Shown: positions 25,048-36,511 of the stretch, one piece after another
How positions within the stretch are numbered: position 1 is the first letter of the stretch
Layout: each line of letters opens with the position of its first letter
Assembly: GCF_004010195.1 (NCBI RefSeq)
Contig: NC_057749.1
Span: 10,307,387 to 10,371,386 of the forward strand
Length of the DNA stretch: 64,000 nucleotides
From: Chiloscyllium plagiosum
Lineage: Eukaryota
Reading direction: 5' to 3'
Translations under genes and position numbers: made by a program
Notes under the pieces: model-generated
Databases searched by the model: none
Seen by the model: the letters and a program-made list of their open reading frames with translations, nothing else
Told to the model about the DNA's origin: nothing

Positions 25048-25636
25048 GAGTGTCAATTACTTCTTAAACTTGGACAATTGTGACTGAGTTGCTGTAGGGT
25101 AGGCAGAGGCTCCAATTTCTCTGTAACGTGGAGCTGGTCAGGAATCTCTCCCTGTCTCACTGTCTGTCATTTGGTTCTCAGTCTGTTTAGCCACATTACG
25201 AAGACACCTTCCTTGACCATCTTGTCCTGCGATACGACTTGAGCTTGGAACTGCAGGGACCTCAATCACGCTGAGGGAATATCAGTCAGGCTTCCTGCTC
25301 CTCATTGCTGGTCTGCAATATCCATGAGCATGCTCCTCATTGCTAGTCTGAAAAAAATGCAGGGGCAGTGAAATTCAAATGAGTAAAGACTCAGAGGCAG
25401 TTGTGAACTCTTCAAGTGCCCTCCAGAGTTAAATAGCACACTGTCATTGACGGCCTGGGCTCGGTCTGGAATGTCCATCTGGTGAAGGACAGCCACCAAA
25501 TGCAGAACTTTTAACCGTCTCTGGCCTTGAGTAGGGGAGGGGCAAAAATAAAATGGGGCAGCAAGGAAGGAAACAAACCAGACAGATCAACAGCATGTGC
25601 AATAATAACAACCTGCTGTTTTGCAACTTCTTGTAG

Positions 25637-25815
25637 ATCTCCTCACCATCGCCCCAGGCCCTACACTGAAGCAAAGCGGGAAAAGTACAATCGGAGCAAA
25701 GTGCACCAGAAAGTTCAACAGTTTAAACGTTTTATTGAGAACTACCGGCGTCACATAGTTTGTGTTCTGATCTTCTACGGTATAGCAGCTGGCGTGTTTG
25801 TGGAACGAGCCTATC
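25637..25815 (+). CDS. DUOX2: Dual oxidase, window exon 10 ([15 protein letters not shown]...[16 protein letters not shown]...ERAY)
   Basis: Acceptor tag|, donor |gtaagt; 179 nt; conserved [13 protein letters not shown]. Confidence 0.96.
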
Positions 25816-26228
25816 GTAAGTGCCACCTTCCAGTGTCTCGTCAGATTGACTTGGGATACCCGCACCCGGTGAAACGGGTAGCAAAGATGCATTGAAGGCT
25901 AAGTGAGATAATGAAGCAAGGGTTGGTTAATCAGGTTTGATAGGTAACACTTGAGGAAGCAACAGCTCACCAAGACTCCTTCCTCCATACCCATGACCCA
26001 ATACCAGCTCAAAGGACAAAAGCAGCAGATAGATGGTGACACTACCATCTGCAAGTTCCCCTCCAAGCCGCCTGATTTGGAAATATATTGTCGTTCCTTC
26101 AGTGTCGCTGGGTCAAAATCCAGGAATTCCCTCTCTGACAGCACACTGGGTGTACGTATAACACATGTATTGTTGTGGCTCGTCAGCTCCTGTTCAAGGG
26201 CAATTAGACACGGACAGTAAATGCTGGC

Positions 26229-26449
26229 GGGTGGTTAGGGTTTGGCGATGGAGGAGGCTCAGGATCTGCATGTCCTTGGTGGAGTGGGAGGGGGAGTAAA
26301 AGTGTTCAGCCACGGAGGGCGGTGGGATTGGTTAGGGTGGGTGTCACAGAGATGTTCCGCAAGTTGGTGTCCTGTCTCCCCAATGCAGAGGAGAGCACAT
26401 CTGGTGCAAAGGATGCAGTCGATGACATGTGTCGAAGTACAGGTAAATG
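26229..26449 (-). mobile_element. PLE (Neptune-like) GIY-YIG endonuclease fragment inserted into a LINE 3' tail (~25930-26490)
   Basis: Minus strand reads FTCTSTHVIDCILCTRCALLCIGETG..LAEHL. TSD-like gtaaatgctggc / gtaaatgttggc. Confidence 0.75.
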
Positions 26450-26677
26450 TTGGCAGCCTTGTCAGTGACAGTCATATCCTGTGACTGAATAAAACAAGTC
26501 TGGTGAGGACAGGGTGGGCTGTTTCTGTTCTGTTAAATTCTATGTATTAGGTTTAGCTAGCCACTCTCCTTAGTGTTGTTTATGGATGATCTAGAAGGCT
26601 GTAGCACAGTTGTAATGTTCAGAAACTACATTTGTTTACCATGACCTGACTCTTTCAGCCACAACTAAATGCAAAGG

Positions 26678-27023
26678 AAAGAACATAGAACATAGAGCAG
26701 TACAGCTCAGAACAGGCCCTTCGGCCCTCGATGTTGCGCCGACCTGTGAACTATTCTCAGCTCGTCCCCCTACACTATCCCATCATCATCCATGTGCTTA
26801 TCTAAGGACTGTTTAAGTCTCTCTAATGTGGCTGAGTTAACCACATTAGCAGGTGGTGCATTCCACACCCTTACCACTCTCTGCGTAAAGAACCTGTCTC
26901 TGACATCTGTCTTAAATCTATCACCCCTCAATTTGTAGTTATGCCCCCTCGTACGCGCTGACGTCATCATCCTAGGAAAAAGACTTTCACGGTCTACCCT
27001 ATCTAATCTTCTGATCATCTTGT
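26678..27023 (-). mobile_element. CR1 LINE 3' end, (TTCTATG)n subfamily
   Basis: ORF2 C-terminus plus tail. Confidence 0.9.
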
Positions 27024-28014
27024 AAAAGGCTGTCTAAGTACATATGTCCTGAGATTACAGTGGCTTGCTGCTGAAATCATTTAATTTGGGTCTCTACATT
27101 CTAGGGGATAGCAAACATACATTTCTTAAATACCACACCATATACTGTTCATTGCTGATAAACAGAACACATAAAGCTGCCCATGACACTATGGCAGTGT
27201 GAATTACCTGGGCCTTGTACCCAAGTAGAAACACTGGCTGGTCATCTTTGACACCCAACTATCTTCTATCTTGTAAGTAAATGGATGGTTTAAAGTACAA
27301 TGTTTACAAGGCAAACTTCCTGACACTTCTGTGGAACTTCAGAGACACAGTCTGTCGGCTGTTCACAATGTTGGCCTGTGTTACTTACCATGGATAGACT
27401 GAGGATTTCCCCCATATAAACACTTTGCAGCTTCTTCCCAGTAAGACAGTCTGGACACGCCCTAATCTCTAATAATCAAACTGTCCAAGCTTGCTGTAAT
27501 ACAGCCTGCAGGACTTCATCTTCCCTTTATTTCACTGTAAAATAAAGACAAAATCCCAAAACACTGCAATCTAATAAATCTCAAAATTGTAATCAGTCTG
27601 ACATCAGAGTATGACAGGTGTGCTGTGAACAGTGTTAACGATTCACTTAAGGCACTGTCATATTAACTGTGTAGTATGTGAGAACAAAGACATTATTTAT
27701 CCATTGTAATATCAGTGTCTGTTTCCTCAAGACTGAGGGTTAGTACCTTTCTTAACATGGTTTTTACACTCTGGAGTGATGGATAGTCACTGTAGAGTTT
27801 CTGATGTTGTTCCATGCTATAATATCTAATTTATGCTAAATCAATGAAGACTGAAATTGCAGAAAGCATGGATCTGATTTTTCTTCTGCTCTTGAGGTTT
27901 GCTGTAATTAACTCACAGTCAATATTGTTGCTTGATTTTTGTTCATTAAATATAATAGAAATTGGAATCAGGCACCGTGTAATGTATGCCGGTTGACACA
28001 TGGGAAGTAGGTAA

Positions 28015-28540
28015 TTATAGAATCATAGAGATATACAGCACGGAAGCAGACCCCTCAATCTACCTTGTCCATGCCAACCAGATATCATAAACTAATCTAA
28101 ACCCATTTTCTAGCATTTGACCCATATCCTTCCAAACCCTTCCTATTCATGTACCCATCCAGATGCTTTTCAAATGTTGTGACTGTATCAGCCTCCACAA
28201 CTTCCTTTGGCAGCTCATTCCAGACACGCACCACCTTCTGCATGAAAAGGTTGCCCCTTAGGTCCCTTTTATATCTTTCCCCTCTCACCCTAAACCTATG
28301 CCCTCTAGTTTTGGACTCCCCTACCCTGGGGAAAAGACCTTTGGCTATTCACTCTATCCATACCCCTCATGATTTTCAAACCTCTGTAAGGTCACCCCTC
28401 AGCCTCCGACCCTTCAGGGAAAATAGCCCGAGCCTCTTCATCCTCTCCCTATAGCTCAAACCTTCCAACCCTGGCAAAATCCTTGCAAATCATTTCTGAA
28501 TCCCTTTCAAGTATCACAACATCTTTACTGTAGCAGGAAA
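28015..28540 (-). mobile_element. CR1 (HER1-like) LINE 3' fragment
   Basis: Reverse complement of the family at 6503-7010. Confidence 0.88.
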
Positions 28541-28717
28541 CAATTCATTGTTTTTGAGTGTCTCTTTGTAAGATGAGTAAACGTACCTCCTGGTCTCTTA
28601 GAACTGGGAAATAGTGAAGCCTTATCCTCTCAAGTCCATTTATTTGAAGTTATAATCCATGCAAATTTAATTTGTACTCAGTCAATTTTCTAAGGTTCAT
28701 TTTTCTCTTTTGTCCAG

Positions 28718-28948
28718 ACTATGCAATTGGTGCAGAGACGACTGGGATCCCACAAACTACATACATTGGCATTATCATTTCACGTGGCTCAGCAGCCAGC
28801 ATCTCCTTCATGTACTCCTACATCCTCCTTACGATGTGTCGTAACCTCATCACTTTCCTGCGTGAAACCTTCCTCAACCATTACATTCCCTTCGATGCTG
28901 CTGTGGACTTCCATCGTTGGGTTGCAATGTCGGCTGTTGTACTTGCAA
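28718..28948 (+). CDS. DUOX2: Dual oxidase, window exon 11 (HYAIGAE...[22 protein letters not shown]...VDFHRW; ferric reductase-like TM)
   Basis: Acceptor cag|, donor |gttagt; 231 nt; NOX/DUOX motifs MCRNLIT and heme ligand FHRW. Confidence 0.97.
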
Positions 28949-29209
28949 GTTAGTTTGCTTTCTTTGTGATATCGCTAGCATTTTCCTTGGTTCATATCTA
29001 GAGCCCATTAAGGTGCACAAGAACATTACACTCCCGAGACTCACGCACCAAAAGGCAGCTTTGAAAGGAACTGTGGTAGTCAATTGTACTTGAGGTGAAA
29101 GTTCATTAAAGAGTAAGAAAGAGAAACATGCTGTCAGTGTTCTGCCTAGCACACCGTTGAACAGTGTTATGTGCTATTGTGATGCTTTTATGTAAGTCAC
29201 CTTACATAC

Positions 29210-29560
29210 GGGTAGCATGGGGCTCAGTGGTTAGCACTGCTGCCTCATGGCACTAGGGTCCCAGGTTCGATTCCAGCCTCGAGTAACTTTCTGTGTGGAG
29301 TTTGTACATTCTCCCCGTGTCTGCGTGGGTTTCCTCCGGGCGCTTCGGTTTCCTCTCACAATCCAAAGATGTGCAGGTCAGATGGATTGGCCATGTTAAA
29401 TTGCCCTTAGTGTTCACAGATGTGTAGGTTAGGTACATTAGTCAAGGGTAAATGTAGAATAATAGGGTTGGGGGATGAGTCTGGGCGGGTTACTCTTCGG
29501 AGGGTCAGTGTGGGCTTCTTGGGCCAAAGGGCCTATTTCCACACTGTTGGGATTCTAATT
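29210..29560 (+). mobile_element. HE1-like V-SINE
   Basis: Complete head, V-domain and tail. Confidence 0.88.
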
Positions 29561-31084
29561 CTAAAAAAAAACTGCAGCAGTAATTAGCTGATTAAATTAA
29601 ACAGCGTGCACCTTCAGTTTGTTATTGGCAGAGAACAGAATGTATTCAGCCAGCCCATGTTTCCAAAACCCAAATCAAAATATCTGCTGCTCAATGTGAT
29701 TCCACGATTGGGTGACATTTGCTGAACAAACTCGCATACGCCGATAGGCATACTAACAAGTTAGCATAATCAGTCAAGTTCGTAATGGATACTTATTTGT
29801 ACTTGCTAGAACTGATGTACATAATGACACATTCTCCCTAAACATTAGATGTTCAAACTCTCCTTTTATATTAAACTAGCCAAGAGTTTGGAGAGGCTGT
29901 AGACAGCTGTTGTTTAGCAATGCCACTGTGTTGGCTTCCCAGTCAAGCAGTTCCTGTTTCTCTCATTGTGATTGTTTGAAATTTGGTATTCTTGCGTTGG
30001 TCCTGATGATTGCAAGACAAAACATTTTTGCTTAAAAAGTTTCCCTTTTTCAGTAAAGTGCGATTTCTGTACAGGCAAATGAAAGAGAAATGATTGGAGG
30101 AATATTGAGAGATGAGGAGAGGATAAACACCAGCTCAGATCAGTTGGGCCAAATGGCCTCTTGCTGTGTAATTGTTCTGCTCCATGATGCCTATGATGTT
30201 TAAGTGTTATAGAAACCTGTAGACAATTACAGACCACTTGTTGGTACCGAGGGAAGCTTCAAGGTCAGTAAAAGCTTTTTAACCCAAAGCACAGCTCCAG
30301 AAGAAAGCAAGAAATTTCCCGTAGCTAGACTCTAAGGCTCAATGGGGCATGGCTGATAATTCTTGGCACCAGGGGAGATTTCCACATCAGACCTCCCACA
30401 TCAGAAGCAATGGGGAGGGTTCAGAATGATTTACTGTAAAGAGAGGCTTAGAGAAGACATCAACAATGGTGTGACTGGTGTCCAGGGTTGAGTTAGATAG
30501 ATTCTTAATTAATAAGGGAGTCAAAGGCTGTCGGCAGCAGAGGGGAGAGTAGAGATGAGGCCATAATCGAATCAGTCTCGATCTTATAAAATAGTGGAGG
30601 AGACTTGAAGGGCTGAATGGCCTCTATTTGTACCTAGTTCATGGTTGTATCTAGAATCTATCTTCCACACTACTTCACCTAATCTACTTGATGTATTCTT
30701 TCAAACTGTTTGTTTCTTGGCTAATACTTATAGTGGAGACATAGAGAGTATTACAACTTATCGCAGGGATATGACACTGCAGTACATATTATTTATTGCA
30801 TTATGTGTAGCATAGGGGGTCAGTTAGCTTGGATGGTTAGATTGCAATACAGAGTGACACTGACAGTTCAGTTCCCCGAACCAGCTAAGGGTACCATGAA
30901 GAACTCTCCTACTCCACCTCTCCCCTCACCCTGAGGCGTAGGGACCTTCAGGTTAAACCACCACAAGGAGTCTCTCGCTAAGAAGAGAGAACACTTCTGG
31001 GACAAAGATAACTTTATTATATTGTATGAAGGCTGTAAATGAAATGGTTGCTTACTATTGTAACATTTCTCTTGATTCCCCCAG

Positions 31085-31184
31085 TTTTACACAGTGCTGG
31101 ACATGGTGTGAATGTCTACTCATTCTGTGTCAGTTCCCTCAGCAGCCTTGCCTGCCTGTTCCCCAGTGTGTTCTTCGATGATGG
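31085..31184 (+). CDS. DUOX2: Dual oxidase, window exon 12 ([12 protein letters not shown]...[13 protein letters not shown])
   Basis: Acceptor ccccag|, donor |gtaagt; 100 nt; heme-ligand LHSAGH. Confidence 0.96.
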
Positions 31185-32846
31185 GTAAGTTCCAGATCGC
31201 ATCTCCCCAGACACCCTTGACCCTTGGAAAGGCTTCTAATCAGCTGACTTGGGTTTCAGTGAATGACCGAGTGTTTATAACTGGCCAAGCAAGTGAGGGA
31301 GGCCAGCAGGGAAAAAAGGGAGGCAGAACAAACACAGGATGGGGCGGCTTCAGTGTGTGGACACAGAGGACAAAGCTACTATTGTAGAATATTGGATTAG
31401 AGATCAAAGGAAGCCTTATAGTCCAGAGCTTCTTATTGACTGGGCCCCTATTGGCAGTGGAAGCCACCAATTCTGTAATATTGATCGATGCACATCACTG
31501 GGGCACTCTCAATCCAGGGCCTTGTAATTAACAATTAAATTATTCTTGGGTTTCTTTTTCACAGACATTAAAATTCTTGATCTGCATGAGCTGCACATGA
31601 CAATTCAGTGTCTCAATGTTAAAATTCCAATTGCAGTAGAGCGAGCCAGACTGGATTACACTTCATATCAGTCAGTGACACCCTCTAAATTCCACACAGC
31701 AAACAGTACCAGTGCTAACACTGTTCTGACAGTACTGCCATCTCTGCACCTTAATGCAAGACGTGTCTCAGCACGTTTTGGCTGAGCTATGCAGCCTTCT
31801 CCCCAACCTCTGCCTTCGTGAGGTAACCTGAATTGGATTGAGTCTGGGTCAAGTGTGGAGTCATACTCTGGTCTATATAGCTAGATTTGGAAGTGGTACC
31901 TAAAACAGCAACAGCTCCAGAGAAAGGTTGCCAAGCTACAGACACAATCCAGGAGGCTTTGTTCAAGCAGTGGAGAGTCCCCCAGCCTCTGGGCGAGGAG
32001 CTCCACATTTGAGTCCCATTCCAGGACCTGATGGACAAGGAAAATGCATTCATCATGTGGCTACACAGGCAGAGGATCAACCTACAAATCCTTCCAACAC
32101 AAGCCCATAGTGAGAGATTCCTGTTCAGCCATGTGGTGAAAAGAACATCATTCTCCAGAGCTCCTGACTTCTCTGGTGCTGAATGGCCATTGTGCATCAG
32201 ATTGGTGCCAGTGACATGGGGTTTAATCCCCATTCTCATTAGGGGGTGGATTCGGACCTGCCTCCTTGTTATATGCATGCTGGGGGGTAGTGGCGCTGTG
32301 AGTCACACTTCCTTTCAAAAAACGCACTGAGAAAGAAGGTACAAATGGTTTGACTTCCAAAATAAATGGAACACTACAAAGTGGGTTTCAAACCTTTAAT
32401 CTCTCTGGTGAAAAAGGCACAGCTTTGTTTCGAAACAATTGGTTCTGAAAGGATGATTTTTGATACAGGTTCATTTGTCAACATTGGCAGCGCTAGTCCA
32501 ATTTATGCATCAATTTTCCTTCCACTTACGATTGAACAGAAGTACAGAAACTGGAAGGTAAATGGCACTGAGACCATGAGACACATAAAAGAATTCCCCA
32601 TGATTTTCAGGCTCATTTCAGTCCTGCACTGAAACTCTTGCAGCTGAAAGGAAAGGTTAAAGTCTTGTCTGCCTTCTTGTAAAATAAAATCTGGTCTCAT
32701 TAGTTCAAATATTCTGCAGATTTGTGCGAAATAGATAATAATGTGACCACATTTAACAAGAGACACATTGCTAGTGACTGGTGTCTGAAGTGAGATGCAG
32801 AGGATCCAAATTTGAATTTACATTTCTTTTTATTTTTGTCTTGCAG

Positions 32847-32896
32847 ATCAGAGCTCCCACAGAAATATTACTGGTGGTTCTTTGAGACGATTCCAG
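32847..32896 (+). CDS. DUOX2: Dual oxidase, window exon 13 (SELPQKYYWWFFETIP)
   Basis: Long pyrimidine tract with acceptor gcag|, donor |gtaact; 50 nt; conserved LPQK.YWWFF.T.P. Confidence 0.95.
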
Positions 32897-33745
32897 GTAA
32901 CTGTTACCGTTGTTTCTGAGTGACTAGAATATCAACATAAAGAGGGATTATTTCATCAATGACCTTGTGACCATCCAGTGTGTTTCTTTCATACATGTAA
33001 AAGGAACACGATATACAATACACAGATGTGTTAAAACATTTTGAACCGTGCATTAGCTTCAGAATTTACTCCTGTTCTAATATCAGCTGATGTTACAACT
33101 AGTCAAATTAGATCTCAGAATATCCAACAGAACCTATAATCTGCCAAGTCAGATTTCTGAAATCTAGCTTGATAGGTCATAGGTTCTGGTAGTTATTCAT
33201 CAAAACATTGTCACATGAGCTGTGGAGTTTCTTGAACAACAGAAGAAATAAATAAAAACAAAGTTCTCTAGATATAAACCATAGTTAGAAAGATCTTAAA
33301 ATACAGTGAAACAAAGTTCCAACCTGTTTCCCGACTCTATCCATTGCATAAACTCAAATCCAGAGGAATTCTATTCCTATCGCAACCCTTTAGGGTTTCA
33401 CTTCACCAACTCCTAACATTGCATTGGCTTTGGAAAATGGAGACAATTCAATGAACCTTTTCCCAAACTGCCAACATCAACCCTTCCACAAATCGGAGAG
33501 CCTAACATTTCTTAGTTCTAATAACCAAACTCTAACCAATTTCTAAGCAATGATTTCTAACCAAACTCTCCTGGTTTGGGAAGCTGCACAAATTAACATC
33601 TGCTAGGGTGACTGATGCCCTGAACTGCCCTGAAAGTCTCCTTTCTAAGAGAGAAGCTATAATTGCTGCTGGCAACCACTTTACTGTTTCCTGAACTCAA
33701 TTGTAAAATAACTTGATTCTAAGCTGAATACAAAGCTGTCACAAA

Positions 33746-33901
33746 TTCCTGAGGCACAAATTTCTCATTCCTGATGTAGGGCTCCTGCCCGAAACGCGAT
33801 TTTCCTGCTTCTCGAATGCTGCCTGACCTGCTGTGCTTTTCCAGCGCCACTCTAATCTTGACTCTAAACTTCGGCATCTGCAGTACCCACTTTCACCTTA
33901 C
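33746..33901 (+). mobile_element. PLE terminal repeat with a mutated hammerhead (CTGATGT)
   Basis: 10-bp TSD ctgtcacaaa (33736-33745, 33902-33911). Confidence 0.7.
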
Positions 33902-34053
33902 CTGTCACAAACCCCACAGTATAAACAACTTATTCCATTAACACTTGAGGATGTCACCCAAGCCCTTGATTGCAGTCACCTGCTCTCCGACCCGTACCCG
34001 ATTAGGTCACTGTTCCCGAAAGACTTGCTGACCTTGCTTCATTTCAAAGGAAG

Positions 34054-34167
34054 GAGAAAGTGAGGTCTGCAGATGCTGGAGATCAAAGTTGAAACTTTAT
34101 TGCTGGAACAGCACAGCAGGTCAGGCAGCATCCAGGGATGTTGTTGTTCCAGCAATAAAGTTTCAAC
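34054..34167 (-). mobile_element. Young PLE terminal-repeat insertion with a short inverted end
   Basis: Perfect 15-bp TSD tcatttcaaaggaag (34039-34053, 34168-34182). The first ~85 nt read identical to the copy at 11624. Confidence 0.82.
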
Positions 34168-34641
34168 TCATTTCAAAGGAAGCCCTTCAAATAAATAATC
34201 AATACCTATATGCCACTAGAATAAAATCCAAACTCCAAACATAACATTGTCATGTAAATAAATTACACATGTTTCATTACAAATATCACATCAGCATTCC
34301 ATTATTCATGAGCATTAAAGGTGACTTAAACCTTCGGAAACCCAAACTTTAAACTCTAGAATTCCCTCTCTAAAACTCCGACTCTTTACCCCCTTCGAGA
34401 TCATCCTTAAAAATCTCTATTTGCACTTGTTTTTGCAAACCCACTGTAATATCTCCTTATCTGGCTCAGTGTAAAATGTGTTTTACAACGCTCCCGTGTC
34501 AATGTGTGTATGACATTTAGGCAAGTTGGTCTAGAGATCGCCGGCAGTTTTGATAATGGAACTAATGAATGTGGGGCATTGCATAGGAATTGAGGGAGTA
34601 GAGGGAGAGAATGTAATATTGTTAAATGTTTTCAATTTTAG

Positions 34642-34769
34642 GAATGACCGGCGTTCTACTTCTTGTTGTCATGGCGATTATGTACGTCTTCGCCTCACGC
34701 CAGCTCCGTCGGATGAGCTTCCGAGCTTTCTGGGTGACTCACCACCTCTACGTCATTCTGTACATTCTG
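34642..34769 (+). CDS. DUOX2: Dual oxidase, window exon 14 (GMTGVLLL...[14 protein letters not shown])
   Basis: Acceptor tag|, donor |gtaatt; 128 nt; heme-ligand THHL. Confidence 0.96.
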
Positions 34770-35029
34770 GTAATTATGCTTATACTCGAACCACCATGTG
34801 TTTGCAAATGTGACTTTGCTGCTCTGATCACAATTTTGTTTTAAGTCAGCCTTATGCTATGGCTATCACTTATTGTCACTCATAAACTATATGTACTGCT
34901 TATCAGTTTAGCTTGAGAAGCTAATGATTGGGTCACCTTCTTGAACATCTACAGCTGGTATGTCCTTAACATAATCCTGATCCTTTACCTTAACGTCAAA
35001 TCTTTGCATCTTTTCATCGTTATACAGAT

Positions 35030-35663
35030 TTCATCTATTTATACTTCCCGCTGCTTCAGGAAGGCAGCCAACATCATGAATGACCCCTCCCACCCCGGTT
35101 ACAATCTCTTCCAATCTCTTCCGTCGGGCAGAAGATGCAAAAGCTTAAAGATATATGCCTAATAGACTCAAGAACAGCTTCTTCCCCGCTGTTATTAGAC
35201 ATCTGAGTGGACCTCTCAAATTTTAAACCTAACGTTGATCTCACTCTCTGTACACCTTCTCTGCAGCTGTAACATTGTATTCCTCGCTGTGTTCTTTAAC
35301 CCTAATGCATTTTGTATGGGATGGCAGTGTTTCAGTGGGTAGCAATGCAGCCTCACAGTGCCAGGAATCCCCTGGTTCAGTTCCAGCCTTGGGAGTTTGC
35401 ACATCCCGGTTGCCTCCGGATGCTTCGGTTTCCTCCCACAGTCCAAAGATGTGCAGATTAGGTGGATTGGCCATGAAAAAGCAGGGTTACAGGGATAGGG
35501 ATGAGTCTGGGGGGTTGGGGGGAGGCATGTTTTTTGGAGAGTCAGTGTGGGTTTGTTGTTCCCAGATTTTATGATTCAATGATTTGCCTGTACTGCTGAA
35601 AAAACAAAACTCTTCACTGTAGCTAGGTACATGTGACAACAATAAATCAAATCGAATCAAATT
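35030..35663 (+). mobile_element. Rex1/Babar-like LINE 3' end with a nested V-SINE (~35318-35580)
   Basis: DPSHPGYNLFQSLPSGRR and KNSFFPAVIR motifs; AATAAA followed by an (aatca)n tail. Confidence 0.75.
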
Positions 35664-36357
35664 CAAGGTTGCACGAGACAGAGTTTTGCTCTACAAGGGA
35701 GTCTAGGAGTATAGAAATGGGCAAGAAAGTGTAGTTATCATGACAATCACATCAGCCTTGATCTGACTGAATGACAGAGCAGGCATAACGACCTGAACAG
35801 TCTGTATCATGCTCTGATTTCTTAAGTTGGACTGGAGTGGTGAGAAGACCAACTTACAGAATATTCACTGCCCAGAAGAGTAAGGGTGTATACTATTCTG
35901 ATTTACAGACGTATTCTGCTGGCCTTTGACCTGGAAGCAATGCAGTGATGCCAGATAGTCTTTGTTGTATCGGCTACTCCATGTGTAATTTATTGTTCGT
36001 GCAGCCCACAATTTTCCTGTCAATTCACATTAAATTTGCAGGAATTTGTTTTAAGATAAAAGCTACATGCAGCATGAACATGTCAGTAAGTTTTGCGGGG
36101 GGATGGCTACTTTGGTTGAACGATCCCCCATGGGGGTTGTAACCCAATCAATCATACCTTTAATATTGCAGTGTAAAATTTCATCCCTAACAGCCTCACA
36201 GGGTTTACCTTCATCTTATGTTGTTCCAGGAGGCAGCTCCTTCTCAAGGGCAACTGGGGATAGATATGGCATGGACTTTTTTCCCCCGAAAATTGTGCAG
36301 ACCCAGATTTTTAAGCTTCATTCCCAACACTCCATTTCATTTGTTCGTCTCTCACAG

Positions 36358-36511
36358 ATTCTCATTCACGGGAGTTCGAATCTGATCCAACAACAGAGTT
36401 TCTACTTGTACTTCATTGCGCCTGGACTTATCTACTTGTGTGACAAACTCATCAGCCTCAGCAGGAAGAAGAAGGAAGTCACAGTAGTCAAAGCTGAATT
36501 GCTGCCCTCAG
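36358..36511 (+). CDS. DUOX2: Dual oxidase, window exon 15 (ILIHGS...DKLISLSRKK...KAELLPS)
   Basis: Acceptor cag|, donor |gtacca; 154 nt; heme-ligand IHGS. Confidence 0.96.

Noticed and set aside
31787..32330. 163-aa and 99-aa ORFs in a GC-richer intronic patch
   Set aside because: No recognisable motifs or exon structure; may be a decayed transposon but cannot be assigned.
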